A stretch of DNA of 64,000 nucleotides, taken from positions 128,001-192,000 of the forward strand of contig CAVPOC010000008.1 in NCBI GenBank assembly GCA_963706955.1. Reading direction: 5' to 3'. This document shows, one piece after another, positions 31,281 to 41,256 of this stretch (the stretch's first letter is position 1; every line of letters starts with the position of its first letter). The translations under genes were made by a program, and so were the position numbers. Source of the DNA: an uncultured Verrucomicrobiae bacterium. GTDB lineage: Bacteria; Verrucomicrobiota; Verrucomicrobiia; Chthoniobacterales; Terrimicrobiaceae. The notes beneath the pieces were generated by a model. That model had not been told where the DNA came from. It saw only the letters and a program-made list of their open reading frames with translations, and did no database searches.

Positions 31281-31360
31281 GTGGGGCGAATCAAGCCAGT
31301 GACGGTCGAATTAAAACCAGCCAACTTTTTCCTTTAAACCCGTTGAAGGTGTTTTGGCAA

Positions 31361-31538
31361 GGGGTCATTTGAGATTCTTTGAGGCATGGCGGAATCTCCA
31401 TACGGAACTCGGATTCACGTAGTTTTGCCTTCCGTATCACCAAACCAGAAGATCCCCGTTGCCTGTGAGAATGTCATTGCGGAGTCGATGTTGCACCGAG
31501 CACCGACGACAACCTCTTGACTTTGTTGACGATGACCC
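31361..31538. mobile_element. Degenerate GGGGTCA-ended element
   Basis: GGGGTCATTTGAG ... GACGATGACCC; only a 7 bp IR. Confidence 0.4.
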
Positions 31539-31539
31539 A

Positions 31540-31620
31540 AACACGTGCTGCCAGATCACGCCAGCGATCGGCGTGCCAGCCATGAATCCCAAGACGACGA
31601 TTTTTTCTTTCTCATTTCAT
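31540..31620 (-). pseudogene. N-terminal fragment of a glycosyltransferase-like gene
   Basis: KEKIVVLGFMAGTPIAGVIWQH, then breaks at the TGACCC end (31533-31538). Confidence 0.45.
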
Positions 31621-31664
31621 CGCCCGGCGGCTGCGTTACGCCATGCCGCTCATAAATCAGCGCT

Positions 31665-32735
31665 TCATTTCGGTTCGAGTTGAAATACGATCAGGCGCGG
31701 GTTCCTGAGCAGGCAACGGGAGCGGCTTTGCAGCTCTTCAAAGAGACGCGGGTAGATTTCCAGCCACCAGAAGGCCGAAAACAGGAAAATCAAGTATCTG
31801 ACGCCCTGGCGTTGCAGCCGCTCCAACTCCTGGAGCGCGGCTTCGTCGTTGACAGGAGCGCCCCAGTCCACGCCGTTGCGCTCGACGAAAAAGAACCGCC
31901 GATAGGCGGAGAGTTCCGCGTCCGTCCAGCGGTTTTCGGGGTCAACGAAAGCGACTGGTTCCCCTGGCGGTATCAGAGCCCTGACCTCTTCGATAGATTG
32001 GTCAGTCTGCGAGCCCGCAAGGCCATCAATCGCTTCCTGGAGAGCGAGCACTTCCCGATCGAGCCGATCTCCGCGACGTTCTATGCACAGGACATCGCCG
32101 TGCGACGCATCCTTGTAAGCAACGAATTCGCGAGCGTAGAGGTCCGAGATGAGTGACTTGGTTTTCTCCCGTTCTGCGTTTCTCGGATGCAGCTCCATCA
32201 CGATTTTTCGGACCGTTCGCAGATCAATCTCCGAGAACAGTTCGAATTCCCCGCCTTCGATGTCTATCACGAGCACGCTGGGCTGGATCCGCGCGATTTC
32301 TGCATTCAACAGTTTCGCAGGCACCCTCACCGCCCTCGTCCGCTCACCCCGCGAGGTGAGCGACGACTTCAGAAAGGTCTCTTCGAGGTAAAAGGTGCGC
32401 TCGCCGCCCTGATGGGCCAGGACACAGATTTCTAGATGCGGAGAAACCCCATTCAGCTCGTATGTGTCCCGTATCACCGCCTCCAGCTCTGGGTTTGCCT
32501 CGAACGCATAAATGTTTTCTGAACCTACCACCTTTGCACAATGCGAAGACAAAAAACCGATGCCTGCCCCGATCTCCATCACGACGTCTGTTGGTGCCAG
32601 GATGGCAGACAAGCCTCGCATCTCCTCCTGCTCATAATTTCCGGACAGGATGCGTTCCCTAATGTTTTGGGTAAGATGCTCACCGAGCCGAAGTCTGACG
32701 CCGGAAACCTCGGCGACTGTGCCTGTCACGGCCAT
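31665..32735 (-). CDS. FkbM family methyltransferase with an extra C-terminal domain
   Basis: VMEIGAGIG, YAFEANP, VIDIEGGE, MELH. Confidence 0.88.
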   Translation of the reverse strand: MAVTGTVAEVSGVRLRLGEHLTQNIRERILSGNYEQEEMRGLSAILAPTDVVMEIGAGIGFLSSHCAKVVGSENIYAFEANPELEAVIRDTYELNGVSPHLEICVLAHQGGERTFYLEETFLKSSLTSRGERTRAVRVPAKLLNAEIARIQPSVLVIDIEGGEFELFSEIDLRTVRKIVMELHPRNAEREKTKSLISDLYAREFVAYKDASHGDVLCIERRGDRLDREVLALQEAIDGLAGSQTDQSIEEVRALIPPGEPVAFVDPENRWTDAELSAYRRFFFVERNGVDWGAPVNDEAALQELERLQRQGVRYLIFLFSAFWWLEIYPRLFEELQSRSRCLLRNPRLIVFQLEPK

Positions 32736-33101
32736 GATGATTGAATGTTGGTCGGTAACTGATAGGACTGATACGAAAGCGCTTTGGCCCTCCGGTGCGT
32801 TGCCGGGAGTTTAAAGCCGCAAGCGTGCGTTTGGCCGCAGAGTGGCAAAAGTGGGGCTGGAAGTCAAACCACAGGCCGCTGGAGTGCAGGGGTGCTGAAC
32901 GCGGAGGAACCGAGCACCACTACTTCCGTAGCGAGGTGAAGCCGAGCCACAATTCGAGACCAAACCCGTACCAGTAGCAGGAGAATTAAATACCCATCAA
33001 CGATCCCGAAATTGACCTATCTGTTAGTTTTGACAGTATCGGAGGCTTCCAGCGTCTTTTTTAATGGTCGCCGTAACTAATCTGAGGATAGGAAGAACCA
33101 A

Positions 33102-33536
33102 GTGAAACGAATCTTCTTCATAATGATCGGTGCCACAGCGTTGTTGACGTTGATGGCTGGGTGCACCACCACGACGACCAGTACACAGGACGAAGCGAGG
33201 AGCATGCTCGTAGCCTCCGGCTTTAAGATGATTACCCCCAAGAACGCCGCGCAACAGCAAAGGCTCCAACAACTTCAAACTGGCCAGGTAGCCACGATCC
33301 AGAAAGACGGGAAGACCTACTACATCGTCGCGGACCCGCCTCGGAACGTGGTCTATGTGGGTGGACCTACTGAGTATCAGGCTTATCAACACCTTCGCGC
33401 TCAAAGGCACCTTGCGCAAGAGAAGGCCGAAACTGCTGACATGTATGAGGACGCGGCGATGGACTGGGGTAGATGGGGTGGCTGGGGGCTTGGCTGGGGA
33501 AGAATGGGTTACGGACCACGCGTTGGGATTTATTAA
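33102..33536 (+). CDS. Putative lipoprotein
   Basis: GTG start with RBS; lipobox LMAG-C; Gly/Trp-rich tail. Confidence 0.75.
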   Translation: MKRIFFIMIGATALLTLMAGCTTTTTSTQDEARSMLVASGFKMITPKNAAQQQRLQQLQTGQVATIQKDGKTYYIVADPPRNVVYVGGPTEYQAYQHLRAQRHLAQEKAETADMYEDAAMDWGRWGGWGLGWGRMGYGPRVGIY

Positions 33537-34054
33537 ATATGGCGTCATGCGATCGGCTCCAAAACTTTGCGTGGCCGATCGCCTAGCCAATCGCTTTCGT
33601 TCCTTTACACCACAGGCGGCCGAAAGGTAGTGCCTCACTGATCAGATCCCCCACGCTGCGTTTATCTTGTGTGAGCGGACTCGTAGGCGGGCGATGGAAT
33701 GAACAGCGGTCATGGGGCCATTCGCCGCATCGTCTGGTTAGGTCTATTGGTCAGTTCTCGCCTCGGCGGAGAACTCCAACGGTCACGCCGCTGTTCTAGT
33801 AAAGCCGGAATGCGCTTCATGCATCTAAAACTACGACTGAGCGACGCGCAGTAGTCCATTCGCTCGAGGCGGCTAGTTCCGCGTGATTCGTTCGGTTCGT
33901 GAGTCTCAGAAGAAATCTCCCCTGAGAAGCTTGCCGTTGACTATCCAGTATGGCGTCGTCGCTTGATCATGATCGACGCCGGATACCTGTCTTATGGCGC
34001 TTGTGAGCGACAACTCGCCGTCGCGCAGAAATGCGAAGGGGCGTCAAGAAGTCC

Positions 34055-34300
34055 CTAGCGCGGCAGGTTGGACGATGCAATAATAGCAACAATCGAGACG
34101 ATGATCGTCCATTTCACGATCTGCACATCGCGGGCGTCTTCGCGATGCTGAAGCTCCTCTTGAGCCAGCTCTTTTTTGTATTCAGTTCCCATGGCCCTAA
34201 CGTTTAACAATTCAGTGTCGCTTCTCTGAGCCATTTCTCGCCGCTCTTTGTCGTAGACTTCGGCGGGGTCTCGGTCAGGGGTGCTCAAACAAGACGACAT
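34055..34300 (-). CDS. Small hypothetical protein with a C-terminal TM helix
   Basis: Charged helix, then VKWTIIVSIVAIIASS. Confidence 0.4.
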   Translation of the reverse strand: MSSCLSTPDRDPAEVYDKERREMAQRSDTELLNVRAMGTEYKKELAQEELQHREDARDVQIVKWTIIVSIVAIIASSNLPR

Positions 34301-34499
34301 TGCTGAGAATGGCGCGATGTCGTCATTGAAAATGTGACGAGAGCGTCAATTTTGCAATTGAATGACCTTCCCCAAGGAGTCCTCAAAGCGTCTCGCTTAA
34401 TCCTTGGCTTGCTCCCCCGGCTGGTGTGTTACCGTGTCGGTGCCGCTTCGTCCCCCCAAGTATTTCCTTACGCCGGCGGCTGGGTGACCTGAATCCCAG

Positions 34500-34730
34500 A
34501 GCAGATTTTTGAAGGGGCATCGGGCAGTTTGCAGCCTTTAGAGCCGGGACGAGCTCGTCCCGAATTCGCGGGACGAAGCCGTTCTTCACCTTCGCAACGA
34601 AAATGAACTTTTCATTCTCACATACGCCCACGAGCAACGCATCGAACCCGCGTGCTCCGGGGATGTAGCCGGCCATGACGAACTCCTGTTCCAGATTCGC
34701 GCGTTGCTTGATCCACGCGCTGTCCCGCTT
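34500..34730 (-). pseudogene. Fragment of an ATP-dependent DNA ligase (LigD-like OB domain)
   Basis: AWIKQRANLEQEFVMAGYIPGARGFDALLVG..FVAKVKNGF; both ends missing. Confidence 0.75.
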
Positions 34731-34856
34731 AGTCCAACAGAAGGGTCGCCATGCGGGCTGGATCAGCCCCTCCTAGAATTTACCATTTGTTGCCAGCCAC
34801 CACGTCGGATACCCTCTTATTCGTTACGCCTTCGGAGGAACGGAAGGAGATTGACG

Positions 34857-36540
34857 ATGCGCACTTTCTCACCGGAACCGAAAGCAAATCAGCAGACTAC
34901 GTCTGCCAAGTCTACTACGCCCAGTCGGGCACACTTTGGACAAAGCCCTGAGGTGAACTCGATCCTTCATTTACAGCGCACGATTGGAAATCAAGCCGCG
35001 CAGCGGATGTTGCAGACTCACGCTGAAAAACCCAATGCCGGGACCACGGCGCTGTCGCCTCGTTTCGGACACGATTTTAGCAGGATTTCCATCCATTCTT
35101 CGCCCACAGGAGTGATACGGGGGAAACTGGTGATCAACGAGCCTAGAGACAAATACGAACAAGAAGCTAACTATGTCTCCGAACAGGTGATGCGCATGCC
35201 GGAGCCGCAGCGACAGTGTGCCTGTGGCGGAACGTGCCCCAAGTGTCAGACCCAGCAGCTGGTTCAGGAACATGAGCGCTTGCGGACAAAGCGCGTCGGG
35301 TCCGACGACCTGGGACAAACGGCAGCACCGCCCATTATCAGCGATGTGCTGCGCTCCTTCGGCCAACCGCTCGATGCGGCAACGCGAGCGTACTTCGAGC
35401 CGCGCTTCGGGCACGACTTCAGTGGCGTGCGCGTTCATACGAACCCTAGAGCGGCAGACTCAGTGCGATCCGTCGGTGCTCTGGCATACACGGTTGGGCC
35501 CAACGTGGTATTCAGCGCGGGCCGCTACGACCCGAGCTCCACCGCGGGCCGGCAGCTGCTCGCGCACGAGCTCACCCACGTGCGGCAGCAGGCCGCGGCC
35601 AGGCCGACCGGACCGCTGGAGGTCGTCGACAACGCAGCAGCCGAAGCCGAGGCGGACGCGTCCCCGCGCACGGTCGCGCATCGCATGCCCGTCGCCGTGC
35701 AGCGCCAGCCCGACCACTCGCGCCTGCTGCCGGAGGCCCGACTTCGCCCGCCGCCGGCGCCGCTGCTGGTTCCGCCCGGCTCGATCCGCGAGACGTACGT
35801 CCTCCCGGCCCCGCCCGACATCCAGCTTCGGACGCCGGCGATCGGCGTGCCAACGGAGAAGCACCCGGACGTCCTGTCCGGGCGGCTACAGCGACCGACC
35901 CCGACGATCATCAAGCCGGTGCCGCGCTGCCTCCCGGACCAGCCGCTCAAGTGGAGCGACTTTACGCCCGGCTCCGTGGGAGGGTTCGGGGCCAAGACCG
36001 TGGCGCCGGTCGTGGAGGAGAACGTCCAGGGAAACATGATGTTCCGAGTGGTCATGGACCACGCGGCTTCGAAGGTGTTGCCCAAGCTTCTGGCGGCGGC
36101 CGACCGCACGAAGAACGGATGCGCGACGGACGTGGCGGCGTGCAAGCAGGTGTTCAGGGGCGGCGGCTTCGGCGATTTCCGGCGCACGCCGCCCCAGAAT
36201 TGTGACGCCGCGGAGTTCACCAAGTCGACCGCCACCAACGCGGGCGAGTGCGAGAGCGTCATCGGCGCGGACTGCGACCGCGACGCTGTCGCCGAGGCGG
36301 CGCGCCTGCTCCGCCACGAGCAGGGCCACTTCGACCTCACCTGCAAGCTCGTCGGGCGCGCCGACGACGCGTTGGCCGCGGGACGGCCCTTCGCGACCGT
36401 CAAGCAGTGGCTGAACACGAACAACAACGCGCAGCAACAGCAGTACCGAAAACGACACGATGAACGGCTGCGTCGCGAGCGAGCAGGCGAAGTGGCAGAC
36501 GGCAATCGCGGGCGGCCTGAAGGCGGTGCCGGGGCCGTGA
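34857..36540 (+). CDS. DUF4157 (eCIS core) domain protein with a C-terminal DUF922-like Zn-metallopeptidase; frameshift near 36447
   Basis: LQRTIGNQA, RFGHDFS, LLAHELTHV; C-terminal LLRHEQGHFD and shifted tail NDTMNGC..EQAKWQTAI. Confidence 0.85.
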
Positions 36541-36727
36541 CCTGGCGAGGTCGCGCAGACGTCACTTGGTCCTGCCGAGCCGCGCACATAATCGATAGCG
36601 GTCGATGGAGATTACGTGGCGGACCCTCAGATGTGACTACCAATACGCCATCAGCATCCTCGATTACGTGTTGATTGGTAAGAAGGAAACCTTCGGGATG
36701 AACAAAAACACCTGCATGGGAACGGAT

Positions 36728-36924
36728 GGGGTCGGTCCTATAATTTACATGTTGCGGCGGCTTAGCTTGCATGCTCTCCTTAGCTCAGAACGGGAAGCGA
36801 TGAGGCGATCGATTGCCTTCGTTGCTAATTGCTCCTGCAAACACCAGGCTCGACTTCGTAGCGATCTCACGACAGTCATCGAATCTTGTCGAAGGATAAA
36901 GATGTGTATTATAGGACTGACCCC
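36728..36924. mobile_element. MITE-like element, 197 bp
   Basis: GGGGTCGGTCCTATAAT ... ATTATAGGACTGACCCC. Confidence 0.85.
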
Positions 36925-37034
36925 ACGCCGACCCCGCTTGCGCCGTTGACCGGGAGGTTTTAGGAGCTCAATGGCCTACTGCTTGGTCGAGCGGCCAGTG
37001 TGCCCCGCCGTTGAATGCCCGCTCGATGGAGAGG

Positions 37035-37523
37035 TTAGGCAGCCCTTTCGGGTGGGGCTCCGCGGTAGATGACCTCGAAACGCTCGCAGACGATTGGCAT
37101 TCTCGGGCTTGGCACTCTTCTAATACGTTTGCATACTCTTCCGAAGTACGCCCAATGGACTTCGCGCCAATAGCGCAATGATCCATCGCCTTCGCCTTCG
37201 ATAGCGGCAAACTCCTCACTGACTTCCTCGAAGGGAACAGTCGCCACCGCCTTGGTTTCGATGACACACAGCGGCTCACCTTGCCAGTTGGTCACGACGC
37301 TAAGGTCGCTGGGCTTGGGAGGTGGCCTGTTTTCCGCTTCGAAGGACCAGGCCAACCCAGCAGTCGCTCGCTTCGTTCCGACAAGAACGAGCCGTGCGAG
37401 CTCATTTGCAGCTGGTTCGTTGTCGTCGAAGTGGAAGGCCTCGTAGAAGCGGGCTTGAACATCACCTCCGACGATGGCTTGAAACTCGAGCCAGAAGGGC
37501 TGAATGGAGTGGGGGATGGTCAC
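37035..37523 (-). CDS. ASCH domain protein, copy 2 (GTG start)
   Basis: Nearly identical to 20682-21170. Confidence 0.85.
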   Translation of the reverse strand: MTIPHSIQPFWLEFQAIVGGDVQARFYEAFHFDDNEPAANELARLVLVGTKRATAGLAWSFEAENRPPPKPSDLSVVTNWQGEPLCVIETKAVATVPFEEVSEEFAAIEGEGDGSLRYWREVHWAYFGRVCKRIRRVPSPRMPIVCERFEVIYRGAPPERAA

Positions 37524-37636
37524 TAGGCTCTCGGTTGCAGCGCGTGGCTGAGCAGCAGTGTCAGCCCAGGCATTGTGTTCCTCGCACCAGTGGCGCAAGA
37601 ATATGATTTGCGCAACCTGGACGCCCTCGAGCGACG

Positions 37637-37750
37637 CTAGCTAGAAAAGGCATTTACGAGCATGCTCGTAATAATTTCCGCGATCATGACAACGTTGCGG
37701 CCCCAAATCAGGACGTTTAGGGCGGCTAGGAAAGCAACTAGAGTGTTCAT
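37637..37750 (-). CDS. 37 aa hydrophobic peptide, copy 2
   Basis: Three amino acid differences from copy 1. Confidence 0.4.
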   Translation of the reverse strand: MNTLVAFLAALNVLIWGRNVVMIAEIITSMLVNAFSS

Positions 37751-38285
37751 AGAGTGTTTATTGGGTAGAACGGTTTTTGCGGGCTGGGGTTTCCGGTTAT
37801 TTCGGAGATCGCCTCGAACGGAAAGACCCGCCTCGGACACGCAGAATCCATTGACCTTCACGGCTGCAGTGATTAGCTCGTATGCTCCGTGGAACAACGT
37901 CGCCCCTTCCGACGCCAGCCAACCGATCACAATTTCGGCTCGTCCTTGATGCTCGCCGTTACGGCCTCAGAACCGGCTAGTTCCACGTTTTACTACAAGC
38001 GCGGTGTTGGCCTGGCGGGCTCGGACGCCCGTCCTCGGCATTAAAGAGGTCCGCGAGAAGTCCGAGGGCGAGAAAGCCTGCGGTCAAGGATTTGATCGAC
38101 CACTTCTCGCAGCAGGCCCTTAGAGGCATATTCCGACCGCACGAGAAAGGATGTCTTGGCGTTTCCTCACAAGTCCCCAACATTAATAGGAGCGGCAAAA
38201 ATTCTGGCCAGAAATCCCGAAACTGCGCGTGAGTAAGGATTCGCTTTTAGAGCGCCACCGAAAGAGCTAAGAGCATCGTAATCCT

Positions 38286-38822
38286 GTGCGAACCTCGAGA
38301 GTGTTGGTCTTTGTGGATGAATCCAACGTCGTCAGCTCAGTGCGGCCACTCGGTCGAAAACTAGACTGGCTAAAGCTCCGCGATCACCTCGCGAGTGCCG
38401 ATCGGGGACGGGAATTAATCGAGATGGTCATCTACGCTGGGTTACCTCCTCCAATACCCGACTGGCAAACCGAACGAGATAAGAAGAACAAGTTCCTGCA
38501 TTGGCTTCGCTCCAACGGATTCCTCGTAGTGGCGAAAGATGGCTCGCCCGGAGATGGCAAACATTACAAGGCAAACGTCGACGTCTTGATGGCGATCGAT
38601 GCAGTCGAGCTTTCCGTCGAGATGCGTCCCGACGTCGTCGTTCTGGTGACGGGCGATGCTGATTTTGCACACCTAGCTTTGCAGCTCCGGCGGCGTGGGA
38701 TTCGAGTGGAAGTGGCTGCGACCGCTCAGACGCTGGGCACTGGATTGAAGGGCGCAGCAAATGAGGTGATCGACCTGGTTCCTCTGTTTGAAACATTTGA
38801 GCCAATGACACCCGCCGATTAG
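38286..38822 (+). CDS. NYN domain ribonuclease, copy 2
   Basis: Protein identical to copy 1. Confidence 0.9.
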   Translation: MRTSRVLVFVDESNVVSSVRPLGRKLDWLKLRDHLASADRGRELIEMVIYAGLPPPIPDWQTERDKKNKFLHWLRSNGFLVVAKDGSPGDGKHYKANVDVLMAIDAVELSVEMRPDVVVLVTGDADFAHLALQLRRRGIRVEVAATAQTLGTGLKGAANEVIDLVPLFETFEPMTPAD

Positions 38823-38909
38823 GCGAGCGTTTCAAGAACTCGCTCGACGTTGTGAAGGTCCAGGAAACTCGGCATTGTGCCAGCTTTACCCGGAACTCTG
38901 CGAGCAGAT

Positions 38910-39108
38910 GGGGTCGGTCCTATAATTTAAACATGCGGCACGGCTTAGCCTGCATGCTCTTTAACTTTTCAGGACAGCGGTGGGAATCGATCGTCTTCGT
39001 CACAATCGCTCCTGCAAACCTGCCGACGCCAAATTCGGCTTCGCAGCGATCTCTCGGGTAGCCAACTACTGCCATCTGTATAAGGATGTGTATTATAGGA
39101 CTGACCCC
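38910..39108. mobile_element. MITE-like element, 199 bp (inside the duplication)
   Basis: Identical ends and interior to 22558-22756. Confidence 0.85.
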
Positions 39109-39239
39109 TTGCCTGACCTCTACAGCGGCTGATCTATCTACGCCATAGGAGGAGCCTTCGTGGGGCAGGTTGCCGGACCAGTGTTTGCAGAGTAGGCCCC
39201 GCAAAAAGAAAACGTCGACAGATGGTTGCAACGGCGGAT

Positions 39240-39483
39240 GGGGTTGGCCCTATAATGCATGTAGCAGCGCGGAAGCTTGCATGCTCTTACTAGCTCACTC
39301 ACGGGAAGCCATTAGGCGCTTAATTGCTTTCGTTGCTAATCGCTCCTGGGAAACGCCAGGCTCCATATCGGCTACCGCTCTCCCACTCTTTCAACCTCAG
39401 TTCGACATTCCTGCAAACTCAGGGCGCGGATTTCCTGTCAACACACAGTGTTCTTGCGAGATGCATTTTATAGGACTGACCCC
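39240..39483. mobile_element. MITE-like element, 244 bp long subtype
   Basis: GGGGTTGGCCCTATAAT ... TTTTATAGGACTGACCCC; interior aligns with 24640-24889. Confidence 0.8.
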
Positions 39484-39588
39484 ACCGTGCGCACCCGGGC
39501 TTGCGGACGCTAAGCATCGCGGTTTGCGAGACCGTGGAACTCATCAAGGGCATAGCTGCGAGACGAACCAGTGCTGCTGGGTCGTCAG

Positions 39589-40824
39589 TTACGAGCGTCG
39601 ACGCGCCAGCACCTGGAGAATACAAAGCTGCAAGACGATCATGGCGGCCACGCCCAGCGTGGGAACGATAAGCCCGAGGCGTAGGTCGGCGGTTTGTCCT
39701 GAGACGAATCCCACCGACCAAGGAATAAGCGCCCCGCCGAGCCCGCCCAAGACGAAGAAAGATCCGGTTAATTCGGAGCTCTGTGCGCCGAAATAGCGCG
39801 TGAAGATGGCGAACGTCGTGGGAAAGATCGCGGCCAATCCCAAGCCGGTCAGGCCGACACCAAGCGTGACACTTACCAGATTACTAGCAAAGAGGATGAT
39901 CAGCAGGCCGGCGCCGCCCACAAAGAGGCTAACCAACACCAGGGTCGCCTCGCTCATCAGAGTTAACACCGCCGGCGCGATAGCCCTCCCGATCAACAAT
40001 CCCAACCAGAAGACGGACGGCGTCATGGTCCCGAACTCGTTTGTTGGTGCGCCGAGACGCTGCGCATAAGTGGCGATCCACCCGCTGGTGGCGGTCTCCG
40101 TTCCCACATAGACGAAGACCAGCGCGCCGGTCAGCAACGAATAAAGACTCCTCCAACTACGCCGAGCAGATCCGTCAAGGTGCGGCGGATCCTTGCGGTC
40201 CGGGGCCCGCAGATCCAATCCAGAGGGCGAATCCACAAGGGCGCGCCACGCAATCACCATGGCCACACCAAGCAGCATGATAGCCAGGCCACCCAATGGT
40301 CGAACCAGACCTCCGTCGCGCGCAAGGAGGGTAATCATGGGCGGACCCGCGACCGCGCCCAATGCCCAGGCAAAGCCCAGGACGTTCAGCGCCATCGCGC
40401 GACGGTCCGCATACACTTCGGCCACGAGCAGACTCATGACAGGGCCCATCAACCCGAGGGTGAAGCCGAAGCAAAAAACCGATAGCAGACCAATCGCCCA
40501 GGAACTGACGCCCAGACAAACAACGGCCGCTGCGGTCGCCGCATAACCATAGGTCAGCACCCGCAGGAGGCCAAAGCGAGCAATCATGCGGCCCGATAAG
40601 GCTGAACCGATGATCCCGCCCGAGAATTGCGCCACAAATAACCAACTCACTTCCGCGTCACCAACCTGCCATCTCGCCGCCAGCATCGGCAGAATCGGCC
40701 CCAGCAGGGTGCCGACGACTCCAACCAGAAGGAAACCGAAATGCATCAAGAGCGCGAACTGCTTGCCGCGCCGCGCTGAACAGGCCGTAGCCTCTCCGAT
40801 TAATAGTGAATGGTTCTCCCCCAT
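39589..40824 (-). CDS. MFS transporter (sugar permease-like)
   Basis: About 12 TM helices; GPILPML, YVGTE...GW, LAAIFPT. Confidence 0.85.
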   Translation of the reverse strand: MGENHSLLIGEATACSARRGKQFALLMHFGFLLVGVVGTLLGPILPMLAARWQVGDAEVSWLFVAQFSGGIIGSALSGRMIARFGLLRVLTYGYAATAAAVVCLGVSSWAIGLLSVFCFGFTLGLMGPVMSLLVAEVYADRRAMALNVLGFAWALGAVAGPPMITLLARDGGLVRPLGGLAIMLLGVAMVIAWRALVDSPSGLDLRAPDRKDPPHLDGSARRSWRSLYSLLTGALVFVYVGTETATSGWIATYAQRLGAPTNEFGTMTPSVFWLGLLIGRAIAPAVLTLMSEATLVLVSLFVGGAGLLIILFASNLVSVTLGVGLTGLGLAAIFPTTFAIFTRYFGAQSSELTGSFFVLGGLGGALIPWSVGFVSGQTADLRLGLIVPTLGVAAMIVLQLCILQVLARRRS

Positions 40825-41256
40825 GGCGACGTCTGCAATGGCACAGGAGACCGAAGAAAGCAAATGAGGGGATGCAGCCAGGGCGTCGGTGCCAGATTAG
40901 CCCAAAGGCGAAGAACGCCCACCTTTCGTCGCCCTTGTGCTACATCCACAACGCTTTTGCGCCGAGCGTATGCCTGGTCTGCCCAAAGCTATGTTATTTG
41001 CAGATCTCCCAATCATCAAAGATCTGGATTGGTGAGCCGTCGCGCTGAACGAAGAAGAGCGCACACAGCCAAATACAAAGAAATTGAGCCAACGCTGCTT
41101 CTCGTTGCAAGCACGCGGAGACGCAATGGTAAATGGACGACCCCTTTTGCCATTTCGATCACCTTCCGCGCCGGCTGCGGCATCGGTGGCTCCGGAATAT
41201 CCGGAGGGGATTTGACCGGGTTCAGCTCCTTGCTGATCTTTGGTCAATTGCCCACG

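Larger units (their letters stand above)
37018..39108. repeat. Copy 2 of the 2.09 kb direct duplication
   Basis: Near-identical to 20665-22756. Confidence 0.97.

Noticed and set aside
20665..39108. Duplication as prophage att sites or composite-transposon arms around the 14 kb between them
   Set aside because: No phage, integrase or DDE transposase genes and no target-site duplication were seen.
39170..39796. ORFs running through the MITEs (also 36605-36949, 24619-24807, 46038-46355)
   Set aside because: They are translations of repeat DNA with no recognisable protein motifs.
40810..41256. N-terminal extension of dinB, and similar extensions of rsmE (13552-13782) and DUF1328 (7710-7865)
   Set aside because: Family similarity begins at the downstream starts, and the extensions cross intergenic or repeat DNA.
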